64,000 nucleotides of DNA from an uncultured Planctomycetota bacterium (lineage in GTDB: Bacteria; Planctomycetota; Planctomycetia; Pirellulales; Lacipirellulaceae): NCBI GenBank assembly GCA_963719315.1, contig CAVRBU010000018.1, positions 32,001 to 96,000 of the forward strand, in the 5' to 3' direction. Position numbers and translations under genes: made by a program. Numbering within the stretch: position 1 is the stretch's first letter; every line of letters begins with the position of its first letter. This document shows positions 51,401 to 59,967 of the stretch, piece by piece. Below the pieces are notes generated by a model that was not told the DNA's origin, made no database searches, and saw only the letters and a program-made list of their open reading frames with translations.

Positions 51401-53035
51401 ATGTCCGACGAAATCCTGCTCAACGAAGCCGCTTACGCCGTGTGGCAGACGGTAAAGGAGCGCGGGCCGATTGAGTTGGGCGAAGTGGTGAAGATTACCG
51501 GAGTCGATCAGGCTCAGGTTTCGGCGGCGGCAACGGAAGCTGTTGCAAATGGGTACTTCATAGCTGAAGAGCGTGAGCGCGAACAACTGATACCCTCTGA
51601 TAAAGCAAGGAAATCGCTTGATGATCGAGCACTTCCAGAAATCCTAGCTTTAAATCACTTAAAGGATATAGGAGAAGAAGCACTTCCCCAATTCATCGAG
51701 TGGTCGAAGATTTCGAACGTACCGGTAAACGAGGTGTTCAAATGGGGAGCGGTTCGCGGTTGGATAGAAAAGACGAAAGGACCAAAAGGTACCGTAGTTA
51801 GGATTACTGACGCTGGGTTGAAGAGACTCGAGAACATTTACGAAGAAGCAGATTTGGAAGCCCTACATCGTGCATGGACTTACGCAAGCAATTCCGAATC
51901 ATATTTTTTAGACCAATGCGGCGATGAAAAAGTCCAAGAAGTTGTTCGCTCTCGATTAGCGAACCGCCCGGAACTGGCAAGGATAAAGAAGCGAAATGAA
52001 AGGCTGTTGAGAATTTCGGGAGATGGCGCGGTAGCGTTCAGTTCGCGCGTTCGCAAAATCATCGAGCGCAACACCCTCACCCCCGAAGACCTCGAATCCG
52101 GCGCATGGCGCGAAATCAAACTACGGCCATACGATGTGAAGCTCGCGGCCAAGGATGTTTATCCGGCCAAGATCCATCCCCTCCGAAAAATCATCGAGCA
52201 AACCCGCCGCGCCTTCCTCGAAATGGGCTTCGCCGAGGTCGTGTCCCCGATGGTGGAGTCGGCGTTCTGGAATTTCGATGCGCTGTTTCAGCCGCAGGAC
52301 CACCCGGCCCGGGACATGCAAGATACGTTCTACATGCTCCACCCGGCCGAAGCGCCGCTGCCGGGTGAGTGGAACGGATTTCAGTCCGTTCACCAAGATT
52401 CCGTAGTCGGCGAACGGACTGAAGTCCGTTCCACGTCGCCCAACATTGTGAATAACGTTCGCCGCACGCACGAAGACGGCTGGGAAACGGGCAGCGAAGG
52501 GTGGGGATATACATGGAGCCAGGAAGTTTCGAAGCAAGTCGTCCTCCGCACGCACACGACGGCCGCCACGATTCGCGCCCTGGCCGCCAACCCGAATCCG
52601 CCCGGTAAATTCTTCTGCGTCGGCTGGACCTACCGCAACGAAACAATCAGTTTCAAGCACCTCCCGGTCTTCCATCAAGTGGATGGCATCATCATCGACG
52701 AGGAGGCCAACCTCGCGTCGTTGATGGGCACGCTGCAAGAGTTTTATTCGAAGATGGGCTTCGGCCGCGTGAAGTTCAAGCCGGCGTTTTATCCGTACAC
52801 CGAGCCGAGCGTGGATGTCGTCGTGTACATGGAATCGCGCGGCAAGTGGTTGGAAATGGGCGGGGCCGGCATCTTTCGCCCGGAGGTGACGCTGCCCCTC
52901 GGTTGCAATTTCCCCGTGCTCGCGTGGGGGCTGGGAATCGAGCGATTGGCGATGCTACGGTTCGGCCTGTCGGATATTCGCGAGTTGTATCGGCCGAGCC
53001 TTGATGCGCTCGAAGGGATAACGCTGTGCAGGTAG
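51401..53035 (+). CDS. pheS: Phenylalanine--tRNA ligase alpha subunit, archaeal/eukaryotic type
   Basis: 544 aa with long N-terminal region; FWNFDALFQPQDHPARDMQDTF, LRTHTTA, FKPAFYPYTEPS, GIFRPEVTLPLG, AWGLGIERLAM. Confidence 0.93.
   Translation: MSDEILLNEAAYAVWQTVKERGPIELGEVVKITGVDQAQVSAAATEAVANGYFIAEEREREQLIPSDKARKSLDDRALPEILALNHLKDIGEEALPQFIEWSKISNVPVNEVFKWGAVRGWIEKTKGPKGTVVRITDAGLKRLENIYEEADLEALHRAWTYASNSESYFLDQCGDEKVQEVVRSRLANRPELARIKKRNERLLRISGDGAVAFSSRVRKIIERNTLTPEDLESGAWREIKLRPYDVKLAAKDVYPAKIHPLRKIIEQTRRAFLEMGFAEVVSPMVESAFWNFDALFQPQDHPARDMQDTFYMLHPAEAPLPGEWNGFQSVHQDSVVGERTEVRSTSPNIVNNVRRTHEDGWETGSEGWGYTWSQEVSKQVVLRTHTTAATIRALAANPNPPGKFFCVGWTYRNETISFKHLPVFHQVDGIIIDEEANLASLMGTLQEFYSKMGFGRVKFKPAFYPYTEPSVDVVVYMESRGKWLEMGGAGIFRPEVTLPLGCNFPVLAWGLGIERLAMLRFGLSDIRELYRPSLDALEGITLCR
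52369..52434. repeat. REP doublet (66 bp) inserted in frame in pheS
   Basis: 23-bp inverted repeat with 1 mismatch: gtggaacggatttcagtccgttc / gaacggactgaagtccgttccac. Confidence 0.9.
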
Positions 53036-53046
53036 TTTTCGCTTGA

Positions 53047-53130
53047 GTAGGTCCCGCTTGCCGAGCGGGACCTCAACACACCATTAACAATTGATCATCA
53101 TCAAGGTCCCTTCCGGCAGAAGGGACCTAC
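53047..53130. repeat. GTAG-type REP heterodimer, copy 2 (inverted relative to 50542-50623)
   Basis: gtaggtcccgcttgccgagcgggacct ... aggtcccttccggcagaagggacctac. Confidence 0.85.
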
Positions 53131-53148
53131 AAGTTTTGCGGCAAGAAT

Positions 53149-55005
53149 ATGCCGATAGTGAATATCGACCTGATTTGGCTGAATCGGCTGTTGGGGAAGC
53201 CGTATGAAACCGAGACGCTGCGCGAATCGCTGGAGCAGATCGGCTGCGACGTGGAGGACGTCGTCGATATCGAGCGCAGCCGCTGCCCGCAGTGTGGTTC
53301 GCTCGTGGAGCATCCTCTAGGGCAGGACGAAGTAAAGGCCTGCACGCTGTGCGGGTTCGAATCGGAGGCTGCGTTCAAGAACGCGGGCAGTCAGCAAGTG
53401 ATGCGGCTGGATTTGCTGGCAGATCGACCCGATTTGTTCGACGTGGGCGGCTTGGCCCGGGCACTCCGCGGCACGCTCGGCATTGAAAGTGGCTTGCCGA
53501 AGTATGACGTGAAGGCTTCTGGCCTGACGGTGACCGTCGATAATTCGGTCACGGAGGAGTCGAGCTACCGGCCGTTCATCGCATGTGCGGTGATGACGCT
53601 GCCGGCCGTGGATGAGACAAGCCTTGTCGCGATCATGAAGCTTCAGGAGAACCTGCACTGGGGCGTCGGACGCGACCGCAAGCTGGCCTCGATCGGAGTT
53701 TACGATCTTTCGACGATTACCGGACCGATTGTTTACCGCACGATGGACCCCGACAAAGAGCCGTTCGTTCCACTCGGCATGCCGGGCAAAAAAATGACGG
53801 GGTGGCAGATACTTGAATCGCACCCGAAGGGCATGTCTTACACCGACTTACTTGCCAGCCATAAACGCTATCCAGTGCTCGTCGACAGCAAGGGGCAAGT
53901 CCTCTCGATGCCGCCGATCATCAACAGCGAAGAGACGAAGCTGAAGCTGGGCACTTCACGGGTGTTCATCGACGTGACCGGCATCAGCCAGGCGGCCGTT
54001 ACGAAATCGCTTGATACGCTGGTTTGTTCGCTGGCAGAAATCGGCGGAAAGATTGAAACCGTCGCGATTCGCGATGCCGATGGGAAGCAGCGCATCACGC
54101 CGGATCTCGCGCCCCGATCCAAGGAAATCAACGTCGCCGAAGCCAAACGCTGGCTGGGCTTGCCGCTGGATGAGAAATCGTTGGCGGCAGCGCTGCGCAA
54201 AATGCGCTTCGACATAGTTGCAGGAAGCGGGGAGCAAAGAGCAGGAAGTAAGAAGAGCGGTTCAAAACCTGCTTCCGACTCCCCGCTCCCTGCTCCCTGC
54301 TCTGTGCTCTACCCCGCTTATCGCACCGACATCCGCCACATGGTCGATCTGTTTGAGGACGTAGCGATCGGCTATGGCTACGCGAACATCGAGCCGCGCC
54401 TCGTGCGGTCGATGACCGTGGGTACTCCGCGACCGGAGGAAACGCTCAGCGATCGTGTGCGGCAAGTGCTCATCGGCCTAGGCTACAGCGAAATCATGAG
54501 CTTGCCGCTCACGACGGAGGAGCATCAATTCGAGCGGCTGCGATTGCCGACGCCGGAGCGCTATCCGCAGGTGGCGAATCCGAAGTTGAAGGCGTATAAC
54601 GTCGTGCGGACGCACCTGATGGGCGGTCTGTTCGAGGCGCTGCGCGAGAATCGCCGCCGGCCGATGCCGCAACGGTTGTTCGAGATCGATAACGTGACTC
54701 AACTCGATGACAAGGCCGAAACCGGCGCCGCCGAAGAGCGGCGCATGGCGCTCGTCGAGATCGGCCGCGAGAGCGGATACGCGACGGCGCGCAGCGTAAT
54801 GGACGCGCTCCTTCGAGAGTTGGGCTGGAAAGCCGAGTACGCGGCGGTTGACAACAAAGTGTTCGTCGAAGGGCGGGCCGCTACGTTTTCTGTGGATGGA
54901 AAGCCGGTCGGCATCCTCGGCGAGGTTCACCCCGAAGTGCTGACCAACTTCGGGCTCACGTATCCAGTCGCGCTAGCAGAATTGATTCTGCAGCGCGTCA
55001 TCTGA
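53149..55005 (+). CDS. pheT: Phenylalanine--tRNA ligase beta subunit, archaeal/eukaryotic type
   Basis: 618 aa; DRPDL, RDRKLASIGVYDL, LSMPPIINSE, PAYRTDIRHMVDLFEDVAIGYGY, GEVHPEVLTNFGL; no OB-fold or C-terminal anticodon-binding domain visible. Confidence 0.92.
   Translation: MPIVNIDLIWLNRLLGKPYETETLRESLEQIGCDVEDVVDIERSRCPQCGSLVEHPLGQDEVKACTLCGFESEAAFKNAGSQQVMRLDLLADRPDLFDVGGLARALRGTLGIESGLPKYDVKASGLTVTVDNSVTEESSYRPFIACAVMTLPAVDETSLVAIMKLQENLHWGVGRDRKLASIGVYDLSTITGPIVYRTMDPDKEPFVPLGMPGKKMTGWQILESHPKGMSYTDLLASHKRYPVLVDSKGQVLSMPPIINSEETKLKLGTSRVFIDVTGISQAAVTKSLDTLVCSLAEIGGKIETVAIRDADGKQRITPDLAPRSKEINVAEAKRWLGLPLDEKSLAAALRKMRFDIVAGSGEQRAGSKKSGSKPASDSPLPAPCSVLYPAYRTDIRHMVDLFEDVAIGYGYANIEPRLVRSMTVGTPRPEETLSDRVRQVLIGLGYSEIMSLPLTTEEHQFERLRLPTPERYPQVANPKLKAYNVVRTHLMGGLFEALRENRRRPMPQRLFEIDNVTQLDDKAETGAAEERRMALVEIGRESGYATARSVMDALLRELGWKAEYAAVDNKVFVEGRAATFSVDGKPVGILGEVHPEVLTNFGLTYPVALAELILQRVI
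54220..54303. repeat. Heptamer-repeat hairpin inserted in frame in pheT
   Basis: gcaggaa gcgggga gcaaaga gcaggaa ... ctccccg ctccctg ctccctg ctct. Confidence 0.75.
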
Positions 55006-55014
55006 CAACGCCGG

Positions 55015-55080
55015 CTCACGCAAAGGCGCCAAAGCGCAAAGAAAGTTGCATTGCTTCGTGCCTTCGCGCCTTTGCGTGAG
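55015..55080. repeat. REP-like hairpin CTCACGCAAAGGCGC.. / ..GCGCCTTTGCGTGAG after pheT
   Basis: 15-bp perfect outer inverted repeat with repeated GCAAAG units. Confidence 0.85.
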
Positions 55081-55136
55081 TCAAATCCGGCATAGCGCTG
55101 ATTGCGTTTTCATGACTGATCGGCAATTATTGCGGT

Positions 55137-56771
55137 ATGAGTATATCCGCAAATGCGCCGACAATCGCTGGCTTTCTTGCAAATAGCGCTGCCCGCCGCG
55201 GAGACGAACACGCTTTAGGTTATGTCCGCAGCGGAGAAATGCACTGGCTTACGTGGCAGCAGGTCGAGGCGCAAGCGACTCAATTAGCCGCGGCACTACG
55301 TGCCGCCGGGATCAGCCCCGGCGACCGCGTCGCCCAAGTTTCCGAGAACCGATACGAATGGATCATTACCGACCTCGCCTTGCATTTGGTTGGCGCGGTG
55401 CACGTGCCGATTCACGTCACGCTTTCCGGCGAGCAAATCGCCGAGCAGATTGTGGATTGCGGTGCCCGGTTGATGTTCGTTTCAAACCGGGATCTGCTGG
55501 AAAAGTTCGAAGAACTCCTGCCAGCCGGCAAGGTTATTTTCGTGCACGACGAACAAAATGATCGCCAATGGGGACCACCGCTAGGCAAGCCGCCACTGTC
55601 ACCCGACCCGCCTAGTGCCAAACTCCAGCCCCATTCGCTCGCAACGATTCTCTACACCTCCGGTACAACAGGCCGCTCGCGGGGCGTGATGCTCAGCCAC
55701 GGAAACCTGGCATCCAACGCAGCCGCCACTGCCGATGCCTTCGGCGACGACCACCCCGAATTGCGGCTGTGTGTGCTGCCTTTGAGCCATATCTACGCGC
55801 GCACCTGCGATCTTTACACCTGGCTGTATCGCGGTTCGCAGCTCGTGCTGGCCGAGAGCCGCGAGACGCTAGCCCGCGACTTGCAGCTTGTTCGGCCGAC
55901 AGCACTCAACGCGGTGCCATACATTTATCAGCGAGTCGCCGACCGCGTGCGAACAAGTGAAGGCGACCCCGCACAGGTTTTACGCGATTTTTTCGGCGGG
56001 CGCATTGAGCAGTTGAATTGCGGCGGGGCGCCGCTGGCGCCGGAGACCGAAGCCTGGTACGCGCAGCAGGGCCTGCCCATTTTGCTCGGTTATGGATTGA
56101 CGGAAACGTCGCCTGTGGTCGCTGCCTCGACGCCGAAGTCGAATCGCGCCGGTGCAGTTGGCCGGCTACTGCGTGATGTGGAAGTTCGAATCGCCGCTGA
56201 CGGCGAAATCCTGGTGCGGGGACCGAATGTGATGCTCGGCTATTGGCACGATGACGCGGCGACTGCCGCTGCCATCCAGGACGGCTGGTTCCATACAGGC
56301 GACCTTGGCGAACTCGATGCTGATGGTTTCTTATTCATCCGTGGCCGCAAAAAAGAATTAATCGTACTCTCGACCGGAAAGAAAGTCGCACCTACGCGGG
56401 TGGAACTATTGCTCACGGCCTCGCCCCTGATTGAGCAGGCTGCGGTGTTCGGCGACGACCAGTGCGGACTCATTGCCCTAATCGTCCCCGCCGCTTGCGG
56501 CTTAGCCAATTCCCCTGACAATGGCGCGCTAAACGAGAAATTCGCCGTCGAAATCAACCGTTGCCTCGCATCGGCCGCGCACGAGGAGCAAATTCATCGC
56601 TTTGCACTCCTCGATCGGCCGTTCTCAATCGAACGCGGCGAAATGACCGGCAAGTTGAGCCTCTGCCGGGCCGTGATCGCCCGCAATTTTGCCGCTGAAT
56701 TAAGCAAGCTGTGTACACAGAAGCCGGTCGGCAAAGAGCGGAACTCAGGTGGGATCGAATCCACACTATGA
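55137..56771 (+). CDS. Long-chain fatty acid--CoA ligase (AMP-binding)
   Basis: YTSGTTGRSRGV, LPLSHIY, GYGLTET, GWFHTGDLG, GRKKELIVLSTGKKVAP. Confidence 0.9.
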   Translation: MSISANAPTIAGFLANSAARRGDEHALGYVRSGEMHWLTWQQVEAQATQLAAALRAAGISPGDRVAQVSENRYEWIITDLALHLVGAVHVPIHVTLSGEQIAEQIVDCGARLMFVSNRDLLEKFEELLPAGKVIFVHDEQNDRQWGPPLGKPPLSPDPPSAKLQPHSLATILYTSGTTGRSRGVMLSHGNLASNAAATADAFGDDHPELRLCVLPLSHIYARTCDLYTWLYRGSQLVLAESRETLARDLQLVRPTALNAVPYIYQRVADRVRTSEGDPAQVLRDFFGGRIEQLNCGGAPLAPETEAWYAQQGLPILLGYGLTETSPVVAASTPKSNRAGAVGRLLRDVEVRIAADGEILVRGPNVMLGYWHDDAATAAAIQDGWFHTGDLGELDADGFLFIRGRKKELIVLSTGKKVAPTRVELLLTASPLIEQAAVFGDDQCGLIALIVPAACGLANSPDNGALNEKFAVEINRCLASAAHEEQIHRFALLDRPFSIERGEMTGKLSLCRAVIARNFAAELSKLCTQKPVGKERNSGGIESTL

Positions 56772-57106
56772 GATGGGTGCACGACCGCCAGGGCTCGATC
56801 TGGCGCCGTTTTTGGCAAGCTTGAAGCTTTTTTTGCCCGCGGCCCGGTGAGAGTCGCCCACGCGTCAAGCTGCAATGCCTAACGTACAGTCGGCACGACC
56901 GTTAGAACTGGCGATCTCTATCGTGCGGCTTTTGACCAAGAGGTTGCGGCGGCCTATATACCATTGGGGATATCCAGGCGCGTTTCGCCGACATTTGCCT
57001 GATATTCTTGCGATATTTGCCGCCGGGAATCCGTGCGCACGGACCCCGACGAGTCGAAGTCGTCCGCGGTTTAGCCTACGCATGAGCCGCTGCGCTTGAG
57101 TTACGC

Positions 57107-58444
57107 ATGGAAGAGATCGTTACGCCATCGTCCCCTCTGGAAACAGCCTCGCCGCTGTCGGCGACGGAGCTGCGCGAGCTCCAACAGCGGGCGCAGACGG
57201 CCCTCTCGGCCAGCAGGGAACAAGCTGCTCGTCTCGAAGCCGATATCACGCGCCAGCTCGATGAGATCGCCGCCACACTGGGCGAGCAGATTGCGTCCGA
57301 TTCGCAGTCGGCGTCCGATACCGACCGGCTCCAGTCCGAAGTAGCGCGTCTCACGGCGGAGTTCAATTCGTCGCGCAACGATTGGCTCGAAGAACGCCAG
57401 TCGCTCGAACGCGAGCGCAACGATCTCAAGACACAGGCCGAAGAACACGAAGTTCGACACCGAGCGTCGCAAGACGAATGGCGGAAGCAATTACTCGATT
57501 TCGAAGCCCGGCTCCAAGAACAGCAGATTTCCTGGAACGCGCAACGTTCGGAGTGGGCCGCCGACCGCGCCAACTTGGAACGCGATCGCGACGAGGTGCA
57601 GCACAAGTTCGAGTTGGCGCTGGAGGATGTGCAGCGGCTGCGCGAGCGGGTGGCAGAGCTGGAACACGACCTCGCTCGTCGCCCCGAGGCGGCTCAGGCC
57701 GATTCGACCGAAGTGGTCGCGCTCCGGGCCGAGCGGGACGCACTCGTCGAGCAGGTCGCTCAGCTCGAACAGAGACCGGCCAGCCAAATCGACCCGAATG
57801 TCGAGCAGCAGGTCTCCGATTTGCAGCGGAGATTTGAACTGGCGGTCGAGGATGTGCGGGAGCTCAAGACCAAAAACGCCAAACTCGAATCACAACTGGC
57901 GGCGTCCGCGAAGGGCCCGGCCAGCAAGCAGGACGCCGGCGGTATGGATTGGGAATCGCAGAAGCGGCGGCTGCTGGCTTCGCTCGATGACGGCAACGAT
58001 GAACAGGACGCTCCCACGCCACAGGAGCGAGTGACTATCGCGGGCACGATTGAAATTACGGACGCGGTTGTCGCCGAGAAGGATCGGCAACTCGCCGCCC
58101 TCGCCGCCGAGCTCGACGCGGCCCGCAACAAGCCGGCTGAAGACGTTGAAATCCGCGATCAAAGAATTGACGACCTAATCGACGCCGACGAAGTGATTGC
58201 CGGACATCGCAAGCGCTGTCAGCAACTCGAGCGCGAAGCAGAAGACAAATTGCGCGCCGCCGAATTGGAGTTGTCGGTCGAGCGGGCCAAAATGGCGCGT
58301 CAGAAGGCAGAACTAGAAGAACTGAGGTCCAGCCTCGCCTCACAGCGTCAGTCGTTCGAGGCAACCGGCGTGGCCCCCGTGCCGGGTGCGCCGAAACGCC
58401 GTTGGCTGTCGAAGCTTGGCATCGACGGGAAAGACAAAGAGTAA
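57107..58444 (+). CDS. Long coiled-coil protein
   Basis: E/Q/R/L heptad-rich throughout; C-terminal RRWLSKLG amphipathic motif. Confidence 0.75.
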   Translation: MEEIVTPSSPLETASPLSATELRELQQRAQTALSASREQAARLEADITRQLDEIAATLGEQIASDSQSASDTDRLQSEVARLTAEFNSSRNDWLEERQSLERERNDLKTQAEEHEVRHRASQDEWRKQLLDFEARLQEQQISWNAQRSEWAADRANLERDRDEVQHKFELALEDVQRLRERVAELEHDLARRPEAAQADSTEVVALRAERDALVEQVAQLEQRPASQIDPNVEQQVSDLQRRFELAVEDVRELKTKNAKLESQLAASAKGPASKQDAGGMDWESQKRRLLASLDDGNDEQDAPTPQERVTIAGTIEITDAVVAEKDRQLAALAAELDAARNKPAEDVEIRDQRIDDLIDADEVIAGHRKRCQQLEREAEDKLRAAELELSVERAKMARQKAELEELRSSLASQRQSFEATGVAPVPGAPKRRWLSKLGIDGKDKE

Positions 58445-58578
58445 ATCAGGTCGATCGCACCTGAAGCGGTCGTGACTCTTCAAGCCGCGCATTCCCGGGC
58501 GATTGTCTGCTTCGGAAGGCCCACAATAAATCCGAGAGAGTTGCGGCTCCCGACGACCGTAGCAATATCCGTCGCAAG

Positions 58579-59183
58579 CTACCGGGCTGATTCGCCGTCC
58601 ATCTGGTAGATGGCCAGGTACTTTCCGTCGACTACGAACTCGCGGACGTTAAACGTGCCTTCGACCGCGATTGGCCGGATCGTGAAATCGGTCGTGTTGC
58701 CGGGCTTCATTTCTACGAGGATGCAATCGTACAGCGCGGCACCGGGACCAAAGCAGCATTCCTGGTTGTCGCGCACCAGCACGAACTGTTGAATACCGTG
58801 TTTCTGCGGCGTTGGCAGAATGTAGCCGCGAATGCGAATCTTTTGGCCGCTGAGGGCTTTGATATCTTTCGTCAGCATCGTGTGGCGGAACTTGTCACCG
58901 GGCGTCATCTCGAAGCGGATGTCGTCGAAAGTTTTGTCGTACGGCTTGTCTCCGGCCCGTGCGAGCACGACTGTCTTCGCGCCGGGTTTCAGTTTCGGCG
59001 CGCCGGCGAGGCGACAGTCTTGTCGGTGGCTTCAACGGATGATCTTTTCGGAGGGTTCGTTGCCGCAGGCCCATCGCCGTTGCTAGCGCCGGCCTTTTCC
59101 GATTCGCAACCGGAGAGTAGCAGAGCCCCGCCCGTGGACAGCACGAAAACCAATATGTAAGCCGATCGGGCGCTGGTAGGCAT
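58579..59183 (-). CDS. DUF3299-like lipoprotein; frameshift near 58995
   Basis: Lipobox LLSGC in 58989..59192; GQKIRIRGYILP..FVLVRDNQECCFGPG in 58579..58968. Confidence 0.7.
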
Positions 59184-59217
59184 CGTTGGCAATCCGGTAA
59201 TGACGACGAAGTGGCGC

Positions 59218-59937
59218 TCAGTTCTTAGCGTAATCCGCCTTCAGTGAGAATACTGGAGACTGGGATCCCAGTGACAGATTCTCCGGATGAATTTCCAAAA
59301 TGCCGCCCATCCTTAGAACGCTCAGGTTGTCATCCACGCGATCGCCATTCGTGATCTGCACGACCATTTGGTCATAGTATTTGACTTTGGATAGGTCGCC
59401 GAAACAGCATTGATTGTTGTCCCGAACCAGCAAGAAACGATCGATATTCGTCCGCGATGTTGCGGAGCCAGGACGGATATAACCTTTTATGAATATCTTT
59501 TTACCGTTGAGCGCGGCGATCTCGGGCGGCACGGCGACACCGCCGCGCTCCTGGATCTCATCGGGCTTCATCTCGTTAAAGGAAATTCGTGTATAGCCGT
59601 CGGGCACTTCGGTGGCGTACACATAGCCGCCATAGGCTACGCCGCCGACCAAAAAAACAGCCGACAAAATCAGCCCGATTCTGGCAAGCGCGAGCCCCGT
59701 GTATTGGTCGGGGTACTGACGAATCTTGGCCAATGCGCGCAGCGCAAAGAACATGCCGATCAATGGAATTGGCGTGACTACCAGGCAATACTCGAACGAC
59801 GTGGACGCGGCGATGACCACGCAGACCGATAATACTCCCAGAACCAGGGCGATGAGCGCACCGGTATGAAGGGCCTTGTATTGGAGGTCGTCTTCCTGCT
59901 CCGATACGGAATCAATATCAATCGTGGCTGTACTCAT
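59218..59937 (-). CDS. Membrane protein with DUF3299-like C-terminal domain
   Basis: Three TM segments then GKKIFIKGYIRP..FLLVRDNNQCCFG. Confidence 0.7.
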   Translation of the reverse strand: MSTATIDIDSVSEQEDDLQYKALHTGALIALVLGVLSVCVVIAASTSFEYCLVVTPIPLIGMFFALRALAKIRQYPDQYTGLALARIGLILSAVFLVGGVAYGGYVYATEVPDGYTRISFNEMKPDEIQERGGVAVPPEIAALNGKKIFIKGYIRPGSATSRTNIDRFLLVRDNNQCCFGDLSKVKYYDQMVVQITNGDRVDDNLSVLRMGGILEIHPENLSLGSQSPVFSLKADYAKN

Positions 59938-59967
59938 CGAATTCAACTCTGTTCTGTCGAGGCCGGA

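Noticed and set aside
2640..59000. About ten frameshifts (phoD, plsC, pilM x2, 13668, 26066, 30172, 35560, 45277, 58995) as programmed frameshifting or pseudogenes
   Set aside because: They are scattered over unrelated genes, both halves are otherwise intact and no shared slippery motif is visible. Sequencing/assembly indels are more likely; read mapping would decide.
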